NCBI GenBank assembly: GCA_028826165.1
Contig: JAPDFW010000067.1
Span: forward strand, 1 to 64,000
Reading direction: 5' to 3'
DNA: 64,000 nucleotides
From: Anaeramoeba ignava BMAN
Taxonomy: Eukaryota > Protista > Anaeramoebae
The first letter of the stretch is position 1. Each line of letters starts with the position of its first letter. The notes beneath the pieces were generated by a model. It was not told the origin of the DNA. It was given only the letters and a program-made list of their open reading frames with translations, and made no database searches. Below are positions 23,640 to 34,239 of this stretch, one piece after another. Position numbers and translations under genes: made by a program.

Positions 23640-26600
23640 TCATACAAAAATCAAAAGATAATTTTTCAAAAAGGAAAAAAAATCAATAATCATATATTCA
23701 TCATTCCCATCTTTGAAATAGAAATCATCATCATCACTTTCGTCCATTCCTCCAAGAGGAGATTCATCATCGGTTTTTGAGTTTTGTTCGAAATTCATTC
23801 GCTGAGGAAGAAAAGAATCAGAGTTATCGCTTTCAAATTCTAATTCTGGGAAAATATCTTCAGGATAAAACTTTGAAAATTCGACATCATCCAAAATTTC
23901 AAATTCTTCTGATTCAACAATAGGGATGTTCTCCTTAAGCAATGGCGGTTTCTCTTTAATCTCTTTAATTTCTTCTTTGTATGTATTATTTCTGATGTTT
24001 CCTTCTTTTTTTTGAGTTGGATCAATATTTGTATTTGTATTTATATTATTTATATTTGTATTTGTATTTATATTTATATTTGGTTGTCCAAAATTCATTT
24101 CTTTGTTTTCTGTGATTGTTTCCATTTGTTTATTTGTTTGGAGGGTTGTTGGCTTTTTTATTGATTCTTGCACTGATTTTTGTTTTTGTTTTTGTCCTTT
24201 TTGCGTTTAAATCGTTTTGTTTTTGAATTTTGTTTTTGAATTTTGTTTTGAGTTTTTGTTCTCATTCGAACTTTTTGTGAATTTTCTTTTTGTTTTGTCT
24301 TTTTGACTGATTTTCGTCTGTAGTTTGGGTTTGATCAGCGATGCCTTTAATATTTTTAGGGATTGATATCATTTGCTTGTTTTGTATTGATACGTATTTG
24401 AGTTATCGTTGATATTTTCATTTTCTTCTTGATTGTTTTTGTTTTTCTTTATCTTTAATAATTTCTTTATAATTGTTTTTGTCTTTGTAATTTTTATCAG
24501 TGTTTTTATTAGAATTGATACCGATATTTTGAGTGATATTTTGGGAGTTATTTTTATTGGAGTCGTTCTCGATCTGGATATTTTTGTGATCAGTGTTTTT
24601 TCTGTTTTCTGGGGTTTGGAACGATGATTTTTAGAAGGGAAATGCCATCCCATTCTGGAAGAAAATACAGTTTTTGATTTTGGATCGAAAATAAACTTAT
24701 CTCCGATAGAACTTGGAGGAAACAACAAAGCGTCCGAACGACTAATAGCGGTAGCCTTGCTTTCTTTACCGGTATAAATTTGCTCTGTAGCACTCGAATA
24801 TTTCAGGATGCAGTTGCTTCACCTCGCTGATCAACTGGGGTCGAGTCAAGGGTTTGTTTTTGATTTTCAATGCCTCGCAAACATACTTCCATCCAGCTTG
24901 CCTTTCAATGGATCTCTCATGGAGTAATTTGAGCAGTTTTTGACGAGGTGTTTTAGGCGGAATGGAGTCGATGGATGAGAAGTCGGTTGATTTCCATTCT
25001 GTCAGAAGATAAACGCAATTGTCTTTATCGTAAATAATTTCTTTTGATTGGTTCGAATGAAGCAGAAAGCTTCCAAACGGATGCGCGGCCTTAGAGGGTC
25101 CATAGGCCTCTAGATAGCATGACCACAGATCAGGATTCATTTTCTTCACAGTCTCGATTATCTCAATACGCGTTGCTGGACGCTCAATTTTGCGAATCGC
25201 ATCGACTGCGTATTCCCACCCTCTTTTGCGGTTTGGACACTTTTCAAATATTAACTGCGCAATTTTAGGGGCGCCTCCCTTGCTTTCTTGTGTCGGTGTA
25301 TTTTGCAGACTCCTCGGATACCTTCCGAGTGTCTGTTTTGAATGCGCTCTTTTTCGATTTTTGTGATTCTTGTCCTTTTTGATTTCTTGTTGTTGATGTT
25401 GTATTTGTTATTGTTTCTAGCTTGTTTGTGTTTGGTGATATTGAAAGTTCGGGTTGAGTAATTTGTGTTTTGTTGTCCATTTCTTGGTATTGTTGTGATT
25501 CTTGATTTAGGTTTTGTAGTGATTTATTCATAATTTCAGGATTTGCTTGAGAAATTGAATTTGTGTTCTGATTAACATTTTCTTGAAAACTAAAAATGGG
25601 GTTTATAAAGGAATTCGGATACATTTGTATCTCGTTTTCATAAAGAAATGCGTTTTGATTTTGATTTTGATTAAAACTCAAAGAATTCAAAGGATCCAAA
25701 TTATTCAAATAATTGTTAAAATTATTCAAATTGTTTCCGTACTTGTTTCCATATTGTGATCTTGTATGCCTGCTAATTGGAGCATTAAAATCGTTTTTAT
25801 AAGCATCAGTAATTGGCTTTGTTTTTATTTCCTCGAAAAGATCTTTTGGAGTTAAAAATGTTTCAAAAAGTTCATTTCTTGGGAAATTTAAATTATTTTT
25901 TGGGAAATTCAAATCATTTTTTGGGAAATTCAAATCATCTTTTGCGAAATTCAAATTATTTGCTTGAAAATTTAATTGATCTTTTTGAAAATTTAATTCG
26001 TTTTTTGGAAAATTTAATTGATCTGTTTGGAAATTCAATTCGTTTTTTGGAAAATTTAATTCATCTTTTTGGAAATTTAATTCATCTTGGTTTTGCGCTT
26101 CCAAAAATAAGCTTTGCTTATTGGCATCATCTCCAACACTAAGAGAAACATTCATATCAAGGGATTTTGTGTTCAAGTCGTCATCCATTTGTTTATGCTT
26201 TGTTTGAGGGGATATATTCTTTGAGGGGGATTTTTTGACTGAGAAACCAGAAGGAGAAATGTTCCATTTAGTGAGACTATAGACAAGAGATTGCTTATGA
26301 AATGTGATTGAAGGGTGTTTATGCCTCAGCAAAAAGCCGCCGAACATCACGTTTGCTTTGCTTTCACAGGCCTCCTGGTAGCACTGCCAAAGGCGTGGGA
26401 ACATTTGCTTGCCGCGCTCAACAACTTGCTTTCTTGATGCTGATTTTCCTATTGATTCAAGTATCTTGTTTGCATATTCATATCCTGTCAGTTTGTTCGG
26501 TATTCGTGTGTGGATTAGTGCCTTAAGCTTGTTTCCGCACAGGATTTGTTGCTTTTTTTCTTTTTCTGGTTCTGTTTTTTTTTCTTCCCTTTTTTCTGTT

Positions 26601-26760
26601 TCTTTTTTTGTTTCAATTTGATTTTCCGTTTTTTTTGTTGTTTCTGTTTGTTTCTGTGTTCATTTGTTTTCATTGTTTGTTTTTTTGTTTTCTTCTTGGT
26701 TTTTGTTGTGTTTTTGTTGTGTTTCTATGTGTTTTGATGTGTTTTTAATGTGTTTTTTGA
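23640..26760 (-). CDS. Large hypothetical protein with three repeated ~75-aa winged-helix-like domains, 7-aa repeats and an acidic tail
   Basis: Three homologous blocks (GYEYANKIL..LWQCY..FGGFL; GWEYAVDAI..LWSCY..FGSFL; GWKYVCEAL..IFECY..FGRF) spread over ORFs that can be joined by 1-nt frameshifts. Ends approximate. Confidence 0.6.
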
Positions 26761-26959
26761 TATTTTTTATTTTATAACAGAAAAAAAAAAAAGAAAGAAT
26801 AAATGAAAATGATTTTTATTTTTTTTATTTTTTATTTATTTTTTTTTAATTAAATAAAAAATTTTTTTTCTTTTTTTTTTATTTTTTTATTTTTTTTTTT
26901 ATTTTTTTTTTAATAAGATCAATTTTAAATAAAAATTTTAAATTAAAACAATTTATTAA

Positions 26960-27535
26960 ACAAATTTAATTAAATAATTTAATAAATTAATTAAAAATAT
27001 CAAATAAATTAATTCCAAAATATAAAAGTGGAACAAAAAAATGTGATTAAATTTAATAAATTAATTCAAAATAAATTAATTAAAAATTTCAAATAAATTA
27101 ATCTAAAATATAAAAGTGGAACAAAAAAATGTAATTAAATTTAATAAATTAATTCAAAATAAATTATTTAAAAATATCAGAATAAATTAATCTAAAATAT
27201 AAAAGTGGAACAAAAAAAATGTAATTAAATTTAATAAATCAATTTCAAAATAAATTAATTAAAAATATCAAATAAATTAATCCCAAAATATAAAAGTGGA
27301 ACAAAAAAAATGTGATTAAATTTAATAAATCAATTTCAAAATAAATTATTTAAAAATATCAGAATAAATTAATCTAAAATATAAAAGTGGAACAAAAAAA
27401 TGTAATTAAATTTAATAAATCAATTTCAAAATAAATTAATTAAAAATATAAAATAAATTAATCTAAAATATAAAAGTGGAACAAAAAAATGTAATTAAAT
27501 TTAATAAATCAATTCAAAATAAATTATTTAAAAAT
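26960..27535. repeat. Intergenic minisatellite, 6 copies of ~90 bp carrying AAAAGTGGAACAAAA
   Basis: GTGGAAC at ~27028, 27116, 27205, 27296, 27387 and 27476. Confidence 0.92.
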
Positions 27536-27673
27536 AAAATTGTTTGTTTTGTGTTTCGATTGCATTTAATGAAGAGAAATTCAAATGAAAAAAACAATTT
27601 TGTTTGATTGTGAATCTTTGTAAAAAAAAGGAAAAATGATAAAAGGTAGAAAAAAGTGGTAAAAAAAATGTTA

Positions 27674-28267
27674 TTATTTAGGAGCTGTAGTCAAAATAAT
27701 GATTAAAATTATCAAAAATACGACAATAGGGAAAGTAATACGAAAGCATATAAGACGATTTCGAATAGTTCTTTGTCTTTCTGCTTCAGATTGAATATAA
27801 TCTTGATTTCGAAGTAAAGGAGCAGAATGTTGATTTTTTGATTCAGAAAATGTTGTTACAAGTGGAGGATATTGTGAATTTAATGCTTCTTGTTGTTGTT
27901 GTGATTTTTGATATTCTGTTGTGTAATTTGTTTCTGGGTTGTTATAAGAAATTGGATTTGGATTGAAATTGAAAGTTGGGTTATTTCCATAATTTGGATT
28001 AAATCCCATTTGATTTTGATTTTGATATTGATTTTGATTTTGATTTTGATTTTGATTTTGATTTTGATTTTGATATTGATTTTGATATTGATTTTGATTT
28101 TGATTTTGATTTTGATTTTGATTTTGATTTTGATTTTGATATTGATTTTGATTTTGATTTTGATATTGATTTTGATTTCGATTTTGATTTATATTTATAT
28201 TTAAAATTAAATTTGGTTCATTTTCATTATAATTTATATTTGGGAAATCTTGATTAAATTTAGACAT
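27674..28267 (-). CDS. Tail-anchored N/Q-rich protein, paralog 1
   Basis: Intact 197-aa ORF with a disordered N-terminus and a single C-terminal hydrophobic segment. Confidence 0.7.
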   Translation of the reverse strand: MSKFNQDFPNINYNENEPNLILNININQNRNQNQYQNQNQNQYQNQNQNQNQNQNQNQNQYQNQYQNQNQNQNQNQNQNQYQNQNQMGFNPNYGNNPTFNFNPNPISYNNPETNYTTEYQKSQQQQEALNSQYPPLVTTFSESKNQHSAPLLRNQDYIQSEAERQRTIRNRLICFRITFPIVVFLIILIIILTTAPK

Positions 28268-28397
28268 ATAAATTAATGTAAAAGAATAAAATTAGTTCAA
28301 AAAAAAAAAATGAAAAAAAAAATGAAAAAAATTGATGTTTTAAATTTTTTTATTCAATAAATAAAAAAAAAAGAATTTGAAAAAGAATGACTCATAA

Positions 28398-28646
28398 TCA
28401 ATCATCACCAAGTCCATGAATCACAGAAATAATAATAATAACCCCAGCTATAATTATCAAACAAAGGAAAATAAAGAGGCACATAACCCAATGATAAGGT
28501 TTTATTTTCATTTTGATTTTTGATTTTGATTTTGATTTTGATTTTTGATTTTGATTATTTAAGTTATTATCATTAAGTGTTGATTCAGAAAATGGAGTTT
28601 TTAGTGTTTGATATTGAGTATTTGGATATTCTGTTGGATAACTCAT
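28398..28646 (-). CDS. Tail-anchored small protein, paralog 2
   Basis: 82-aa ORF; YHWVMC followed by a TM segment ending GDD. Confidence 0.6.
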   Translation of the reverse strand: MSYPTEYPNTQYQTLKTPFSESTLNDNNLNNQNQKSKSKSKSKIKMKIKPYHWVMCLFIFLCLIIIAGVIIIISVIHGLGDD

Positions 28647-28792
28647 TAAATATTAAATTATTAAATATTAAATAGAAAAAAAATGAAAGAAAAAAATGAA
28701 AAAAAAAATAATTGAACTAACCAATTCTTTATTTGATCAAAATGAAAGGAAAAAAATAATTAAAATTTGTGAAATTAAATTGAATTATTTTT

Positions 28793-29145
28793 TTAGTCTC
28801 CGCCTGCAAGAGAAGCTATCAGTATAATAGCAAAAATAATATACCCTATTATTCCAGCACATATCAATACACAAATGAAAATAAGGCAATGATAGGTTTC
28901 CATTTTGGATATATCTTTTCCAGAATTCATATCCCGAAAAGGGTATAAAGGAATTGATTCATTAACAAATTGTGATTGAGGGAAATTTTGATATTCTTTT
29001 GTAAAAAATAAATATTTTTGGATTTGGATTTGAATTTTTTTTTTCAAAATTTAGAAATAAATTTGGTTTGGTTACCTTTATTGAATGTGTTTAATTCCTT
29101 CTCTGTATCATTTTCATTTAGTAAATCTTGTTGAAATTCAGACAT
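28793..29145 (-). CDS. Tail-anchored small protein, paralog 3 (2 exons)
   Basis: Exon 1 MSEFQQDLL..NK, intron 29075..28996, exon 2 EYQNFPQ..YHCLIFIC plus a TM segment ending GGD. Confidence 0.65.
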
Positions 29146-29235
29146 AAAAAAAAAATGGAAAATGAAAAATGAAAGAAAAAAAAATGAAATAAAGGTTTTA
29201 TTTGAAGGGAAAAGAAAATTTGGAACGAATTGAAT

Positions 29236-29799
29236 TTAAGAGGAAAATTTGTCAACCAAAATACAAATAACAGCAGTTAGAATAAAAATGCACGCAGTAA
29301 CCATTTTGCAATAACAGCATTTTGAAAATGTGAGTTTATCTTTTTGCTCTTCTTCATAATTTAATTGATTATTTGGAATTAAAGGAGTTGGTTCATGTTC
29401 AATTTCTTCTCCCCAATTAACTTTTGTTTGATTTTCTTTATGTTTATGCTTATGCTTATGTTTATGACTATGCTTATGCTTATGCTTATGCTTATGTTTT
29501 CTTTCATCTTTTTGAGCGAAATTTCTTTCTAAATCATTAAAAGTGTAATTTGTTTGATTTGGATTTTGATTTGGATTTACGTTCGTTTCATAATAAGGAT
29601 TCAACCCAAATGTGTTTGGATTTGTATTTAGATTCGTTCCATAATATGGATTAAATTCTAATGAATTTATTGAATAATCTTGTTGATAAAGTGAAAAATA
29701 TTGCTCTGGAACAGGATTTGATTGATTTCCTTCAAATGTTTGGAATGATTCTTGATTATTGTAATTTTGACTTGGCGAATCTTGATTAAAATCAAACAT
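29236..29799 (-). CDS. Tail-anchored protein with a KH/His-rich tract, paralog 4
   Basis: Likely start MFDFNQD at 29799; NPYYG/E repeats, (KH)n, and KCCYCK followed by a C-terminal TM. Confidence 0.65.
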   Translation of the reverse strand: MFDFNQDSPSQNYNNQESFQTFEGNQSNPVPEQYFSLYQQDYSINSLEFNPYYGTNLNTNPNTFGLNPYYETNVNPNQNPNQTNYTFNDLERNFAQKDERKHKHKHKHKHSHKHKHKHKHKENQTKVNWGEEIEHEPTPLIPNNQLNYEEEQKDKLTFSKCCYCKMVTACIFILTAVICILVDKFSS

Positions 29800-29874
29800 A
29801 AATAAAAATGAAACAAAAAAATAAAAAAATGAAACAAAAAAATAAAAAAATGAAACAAAAAAATGAAACAAAAA

Positions 29875-30955
29875 TTATTTTTTTTTCTTCCAATAATAAA
29901 CCCCTAAAACTCCAACCATAATTATTCCAATAATCTCTAAGTTTCTTGTTCTTGTTTCAACCTCTTTTTCTTTGGGATTATTTTTTAAAGAAAAAGAATT
30001 GATTTTATTTTTTTGAGATTGTTGTATTTTGGAAATCTTTTCGAAATTAAAATTAACTGCTTTTTCAAAATTTTGGAAAGTTTCGAATGAAATTAAATCG
30101 TTTGTATTACTGTTTTCATTGAAGGAAATGAGTTGATTATTTTCTTGTTTAGAATATAAAATTTGATTGAATTTATCAATTTTTGAATTTAATTGATCAA
30201 GAATTTGAATCAATTCATTTTTTTGTTGAATTTCAGTTTGAGTTTGATTTTTATTTTTATTTTGATTTTTTTCAATATTCAATAATAATTGTGATTGTAA
30301 TTCTGATTCTTTTGCCAATTCTTTTTGTGCTAATTCTATCCATAAACCAAGTTCTTTTCTTGTATTTTCTTCAATTGTTTTTTCAATTGAATTTTTGAAC
30401 CAAGAAGAAACTTCATAAGAAACTTTAATTATTAATTGAATTGAATTTTGAGTATTTAATTTAAACTAGTGAAAAAATTTTTTAAATTTGTAAATTTTGA
30501 TAAAGATTTTGTTTTGAATTTAAATAAGAAATTCTTTACAATCCACTTTGTAGAGATGATGTTTGAAAAAACTTTTAAATTCAATGTAATTTGTGAGTAT
30601 AAAATAAATTCACTTTTTTTAAAAAAGAAAGAGAAAAAGAAATTAAAAACTTTTTTTTTTTTGAAAATGGAATAAATTTTGAAATCTACTCTTTTTTGAA
30701 TTTATATTCTTGAGTTTCTTTTAGTGTTATTCCTGAAGTGGGAATAAATTTTTTAAGGAAAGAACTGCTAACAGTATTAGAAGAAAAAGAAATTTCTCTT
30801 TGATTATTTTTCCATTTTTGGATTTTGATTGAAGAATGTTCTGCTTTTTGATGAAATTGAAGTAAAAATTGACTTGAATCTGAAAAAAGAAGAGAGAAAA
30901 GTTTTTCAATAGGAATATTATTTCCAATAACAGAAGAAATGGTGAATTGAGGCAT
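29875..30955 (-). CDS. VASt/StARkin lipid-transfer-like protein with coiled coil and C-terminal TM
   Basis: IPIEKLFSLLFSDSSQFL..FH..W..REISF matches the VASt start as I recall it. C-terminal IIGIIMVGVLGVYYWKKKK. Confidence 0.65.
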
Positions 30956-31038
30956 TAAAAAAAAAACAAGAAAAAAAGTGAAAAAAAAATTTTTTCATTT
31001 TTTCATTTTTTCATTTTTCATTTTTCATTTTTTTCTAA

Positions 31039-33123
31039 ATGGAATTAGAACAAGAAAGTAAAATATCAAAGTCATTTTATAAATAATATTATAATTAATT
31101 TTATATTTAATTTTATAATTAATTTTATAAATAATTTTATAAATAATTTTATAAATAATTTTATAAATAATTTTATAAATAATATTATAAATAATATTAT
31201 AAATAATTTTATAATTAATTTAATATTTAATTTTATAATTAATTTTATAAATAATTTTATAAATAATTTTATAATTAATTTTATAAATAATTTTATAAAT
31301 AATTTTATAAATAATTTTATAATTAATTTTATAAATAATTTAATAATTAATTTTATATATAATTTAATAAATAATTTTTATAAATAAATTTATAATTAAT
31401 TTTATAAATAATATTATATATAATTTTATAAATAATTTTATAAATAATTTTATAATTAATTTTATAATTAATTTAATAAATAATTTAATAATTAATTTTA
31501 TATTTAATTTTATATTTAATTTTATATTTAATTTTATAAATAATTTTATATTTAATTTTATATTTAATTTTATAAATAATTTTATAATTAATTTTATATT
31601 TAATTTTATAAATAATTTTTATAAATAATTTTATAAATAATTTTATAAATAATATTATAATTAATTTTATAAATAATTTTATAAATAATATTATAATTAA
31701 TTTTATAAATAATTTTATAAATAATATTATAAATAATTTTATAAATAAATTTATAAATAAATTTATAAATAATTTTATAAATAATTTTATAAATAATTTT
31801 ATAAATAATTTTATAAATAATTTTATAAATAATTTTATAAATAATTTTATAATTAATTTTATTTCTTTAGAAGAAATAAATCCTTGGGAAATTGAAAAAT
31901 TTACATCCGAAGATAATCCGGATGGACTTCTCGAAGTAAGCACATTTTCAGTAATATTCCCAAAATACCGAGAAAAATACCTGCAATCCATTTGGGGGAA
32001 AGTAACACAATCATTAAAAGCAGTTAAAATAAATTGCGAATTAGATTTAATTCACGGAACAATGTCTGTATCAACAACAGAAAAAACATATGATCCATAC
32101 ATAATCCTGAAAGCACGAGATATGATCAAGTTGCTTTCACGGAGTATGCCATATGAACAAGCTGTCAAAATATTAGAAGACGGAATGGCATGCGAAATCA
32201 TTCAAATCGGGAAAATGGTGAAAAATAAAGAACGGTTTGTGAAAAGAAGACAACGGCTAATAGGACCGCGTTCGCAGACACTCAAGGCACTTGAACTCTT
32301 GACTAATTGCTACATTCTTGTCCAGGGAAACACGGTTAGCGTTATGGGAGACTACAAAGGTTTGAAACAAGTCCAGCGAGTCGTTGAAGACTGTATGAAT
32401 AACATCCATCCCGTTTATCATATCCAGGAACTCATGATTAAGCGAGAGCTTGCAAAGGATCCCTCACTTCAAAATGAAAATTGGGACCGTTATTTGCCTC
32501 ACTTCCAAAAAAGAAATTTGAAAAGAAAGGAGAAAAAAAAAAAAAAGAAGATCGAAAAAAAAGATTATTCTCCTTTTCCTCCTCCTCAACTTCCTCGTAA
32601 AATTGACTTGCAAATGGAAAGTGGAGAATATTTTCTTTCTGAAAAGCAAAAAAAAAATATCGAAATGGAAAAAAAAGCTCAAAAAAAAAAACAAATTTCT
32701 GAAGAGAAAAGGAGAAAATTTAATCAAATTTTTGTTCCTCCAAAAGAAGAAGATTTTTCCAATCAAAGTCAATCTCCTTCTCAAAAAAATTCAAATCCAA
32801 TTTCCAAAAAGAAGATTGATAAAATTAAAAATGGTTTTAACAAAAATTTTCGTCAAAATATCAATGCCAATTCTCAACAAAAACAAAAGAATGAAATAAA
32901 TAATTATCTAATTCAAGTTCCTCAACAAGATGATTTAAAACAACCTTTAAAAAAACCAAAGAAATCAAAGTCAAAACAAAATTCAAAATCAAAGTCAAAA
33001 CAAAATTCAAATTCAAATTCAAAACAAAATTCAAATTCAAATTCAAAACAAAATTCAAATTCAAAACAAAATTTAAATTCAAAACAAAATTCAAATTCAA
33101 AATGGAATATCGAAAATTTATAA
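31039..33123 (+). CDS. KRR1: KRR1 small-subunit processome component
   Basis: Exon 1 31039..31057 (MELEQE) and exon 2 from 31871: [49 protein letters not shown]. Confidence 0.95.
31058..31870 (+). repeat. 813 bp KRR1 intron filled by a 12-nt repeat (ATAAATAATTTT)
   Basis: GTAAAA at 31058 and TTTAG at 31870; the phase-1 join is in frame. Confidence 0.9.
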
Positions 33124-33192
33124 AAAAAAATAAAAAGAATAAAATTTTTTTACTTTCCACTTTTTTTATATTTTTTTTGTTTTTATTTGATT

Positions 33193-33564
33193 ATGTTTCA
33201 ATTTGATGAAAAAAAAGAAAGAAAAAGATTTAAAAAACTTGAAAAATTTTTAAATCAAAAAAATTCAAAAAAAAATTTTAAAAAAAAAGAGATGATAATT
33301 GAAAATAAAAATTCAGAAGGACTTCAATGGGAAGAAATTAAAGGAATTGATTTAGATTTATTTGAAGAAGTAATTTCTGAATCAAGGTATATTTTTTTTA
33401 AATTAATTATTGTTGAAAAATTTTATTAAAATATTTTTTTCTTTTTTAATTTTTTAAAAAAAAAAAGAACTTTAAAAAGTGAAAAAAAAGAAACAAAATT
33501 TGAAGAATTAATGATTGAAAAAGATAATCCAATTAAAAATGAAAAAATATCAAAAACAAAATAA
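33193..33564 (+). CDS. Small K/E-rich hypothetical protein (2 exons)
   Basis: ATG at 33193, a GT..AG intron at ~33387-33467 and an in-frame stop at 33564. No recognisable family. Confidence 0.45.
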
Positions 33565-33721
33565 AAAGAAAAGAAAAGAAATAAAATCGGATAAAAAATA
33601 TTTTTAAAATAAATTTTTTTTTTTATAACGTTTTAACGATTAATTTTAATAAAACAATTTTCTTTTAATTCTTTTAATTCATTTAATTCATTTTTTTCTT
33701 TAATTCCTTTTCTTTTTTTAA

Positions 33722-34127
33722 ATGGAAACTTTTAAAGGACAAATTCCAAGTTTAAAAATCCGTCAAATTTTAAAAAGTTATGATTTAAAAATTTTAAATG
33801 AAGAAACTCCTTCAAAAATTGATGTTTTAGTAAAATAGAAAGAAATCAAAATAAAATTTATTTTTTTAAATTTATTTTTTTAAATTTGTTTTAGTGTTTG
33901 GTTGAATATTTATATTTTTTGAAATTATTAGCAAAAGAATGTGAACATGATGCTCAAAAAAATGAAGAAAAGAAAATTACAAAAGAATCTGTTGATTCAG
34001 TTTTTCCTGTAACTAATTTTTACTTTTATTTCATAAAATCACATTTCAAAAAAAAATGATTAATTTTGTAATTTCTTTTTCTTTTTCTTTTTCTTTTTAG
34101 AAAGTGATGAATAGATTCAAAATGTAG
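33722..34127 (+). CDS. Histone-fold protein, CENP-W/Wip1-like
   Basis: Exons 33722..33829, 33895..34008 and 34101..34127 give an 82-aa protein: IPSLKIRQILK..DVLCLVEYLYFLKLLAKEC..A..RKITKESV..KVMNRFKM. Missed by the ORF track. Confidence 0.7.
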
Positions 34128-34239
34128 ATGAAATTAATTTGGTTTATTAATAATTGAAGAAATATTTTCAACAAAAGAAAACAATTCTTTTCAATAAAAA
34201 AAAACTCAAAAAATTTTATTCCGATTTTGATCTTTTTTA

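Noticed and set aside
26960-27535. CRISPR-like regularly spaced motif
   Set aside because: The intervening sequences are near-identical copies, not unique spacers. The context is eukaryotic and no cas genes are present.
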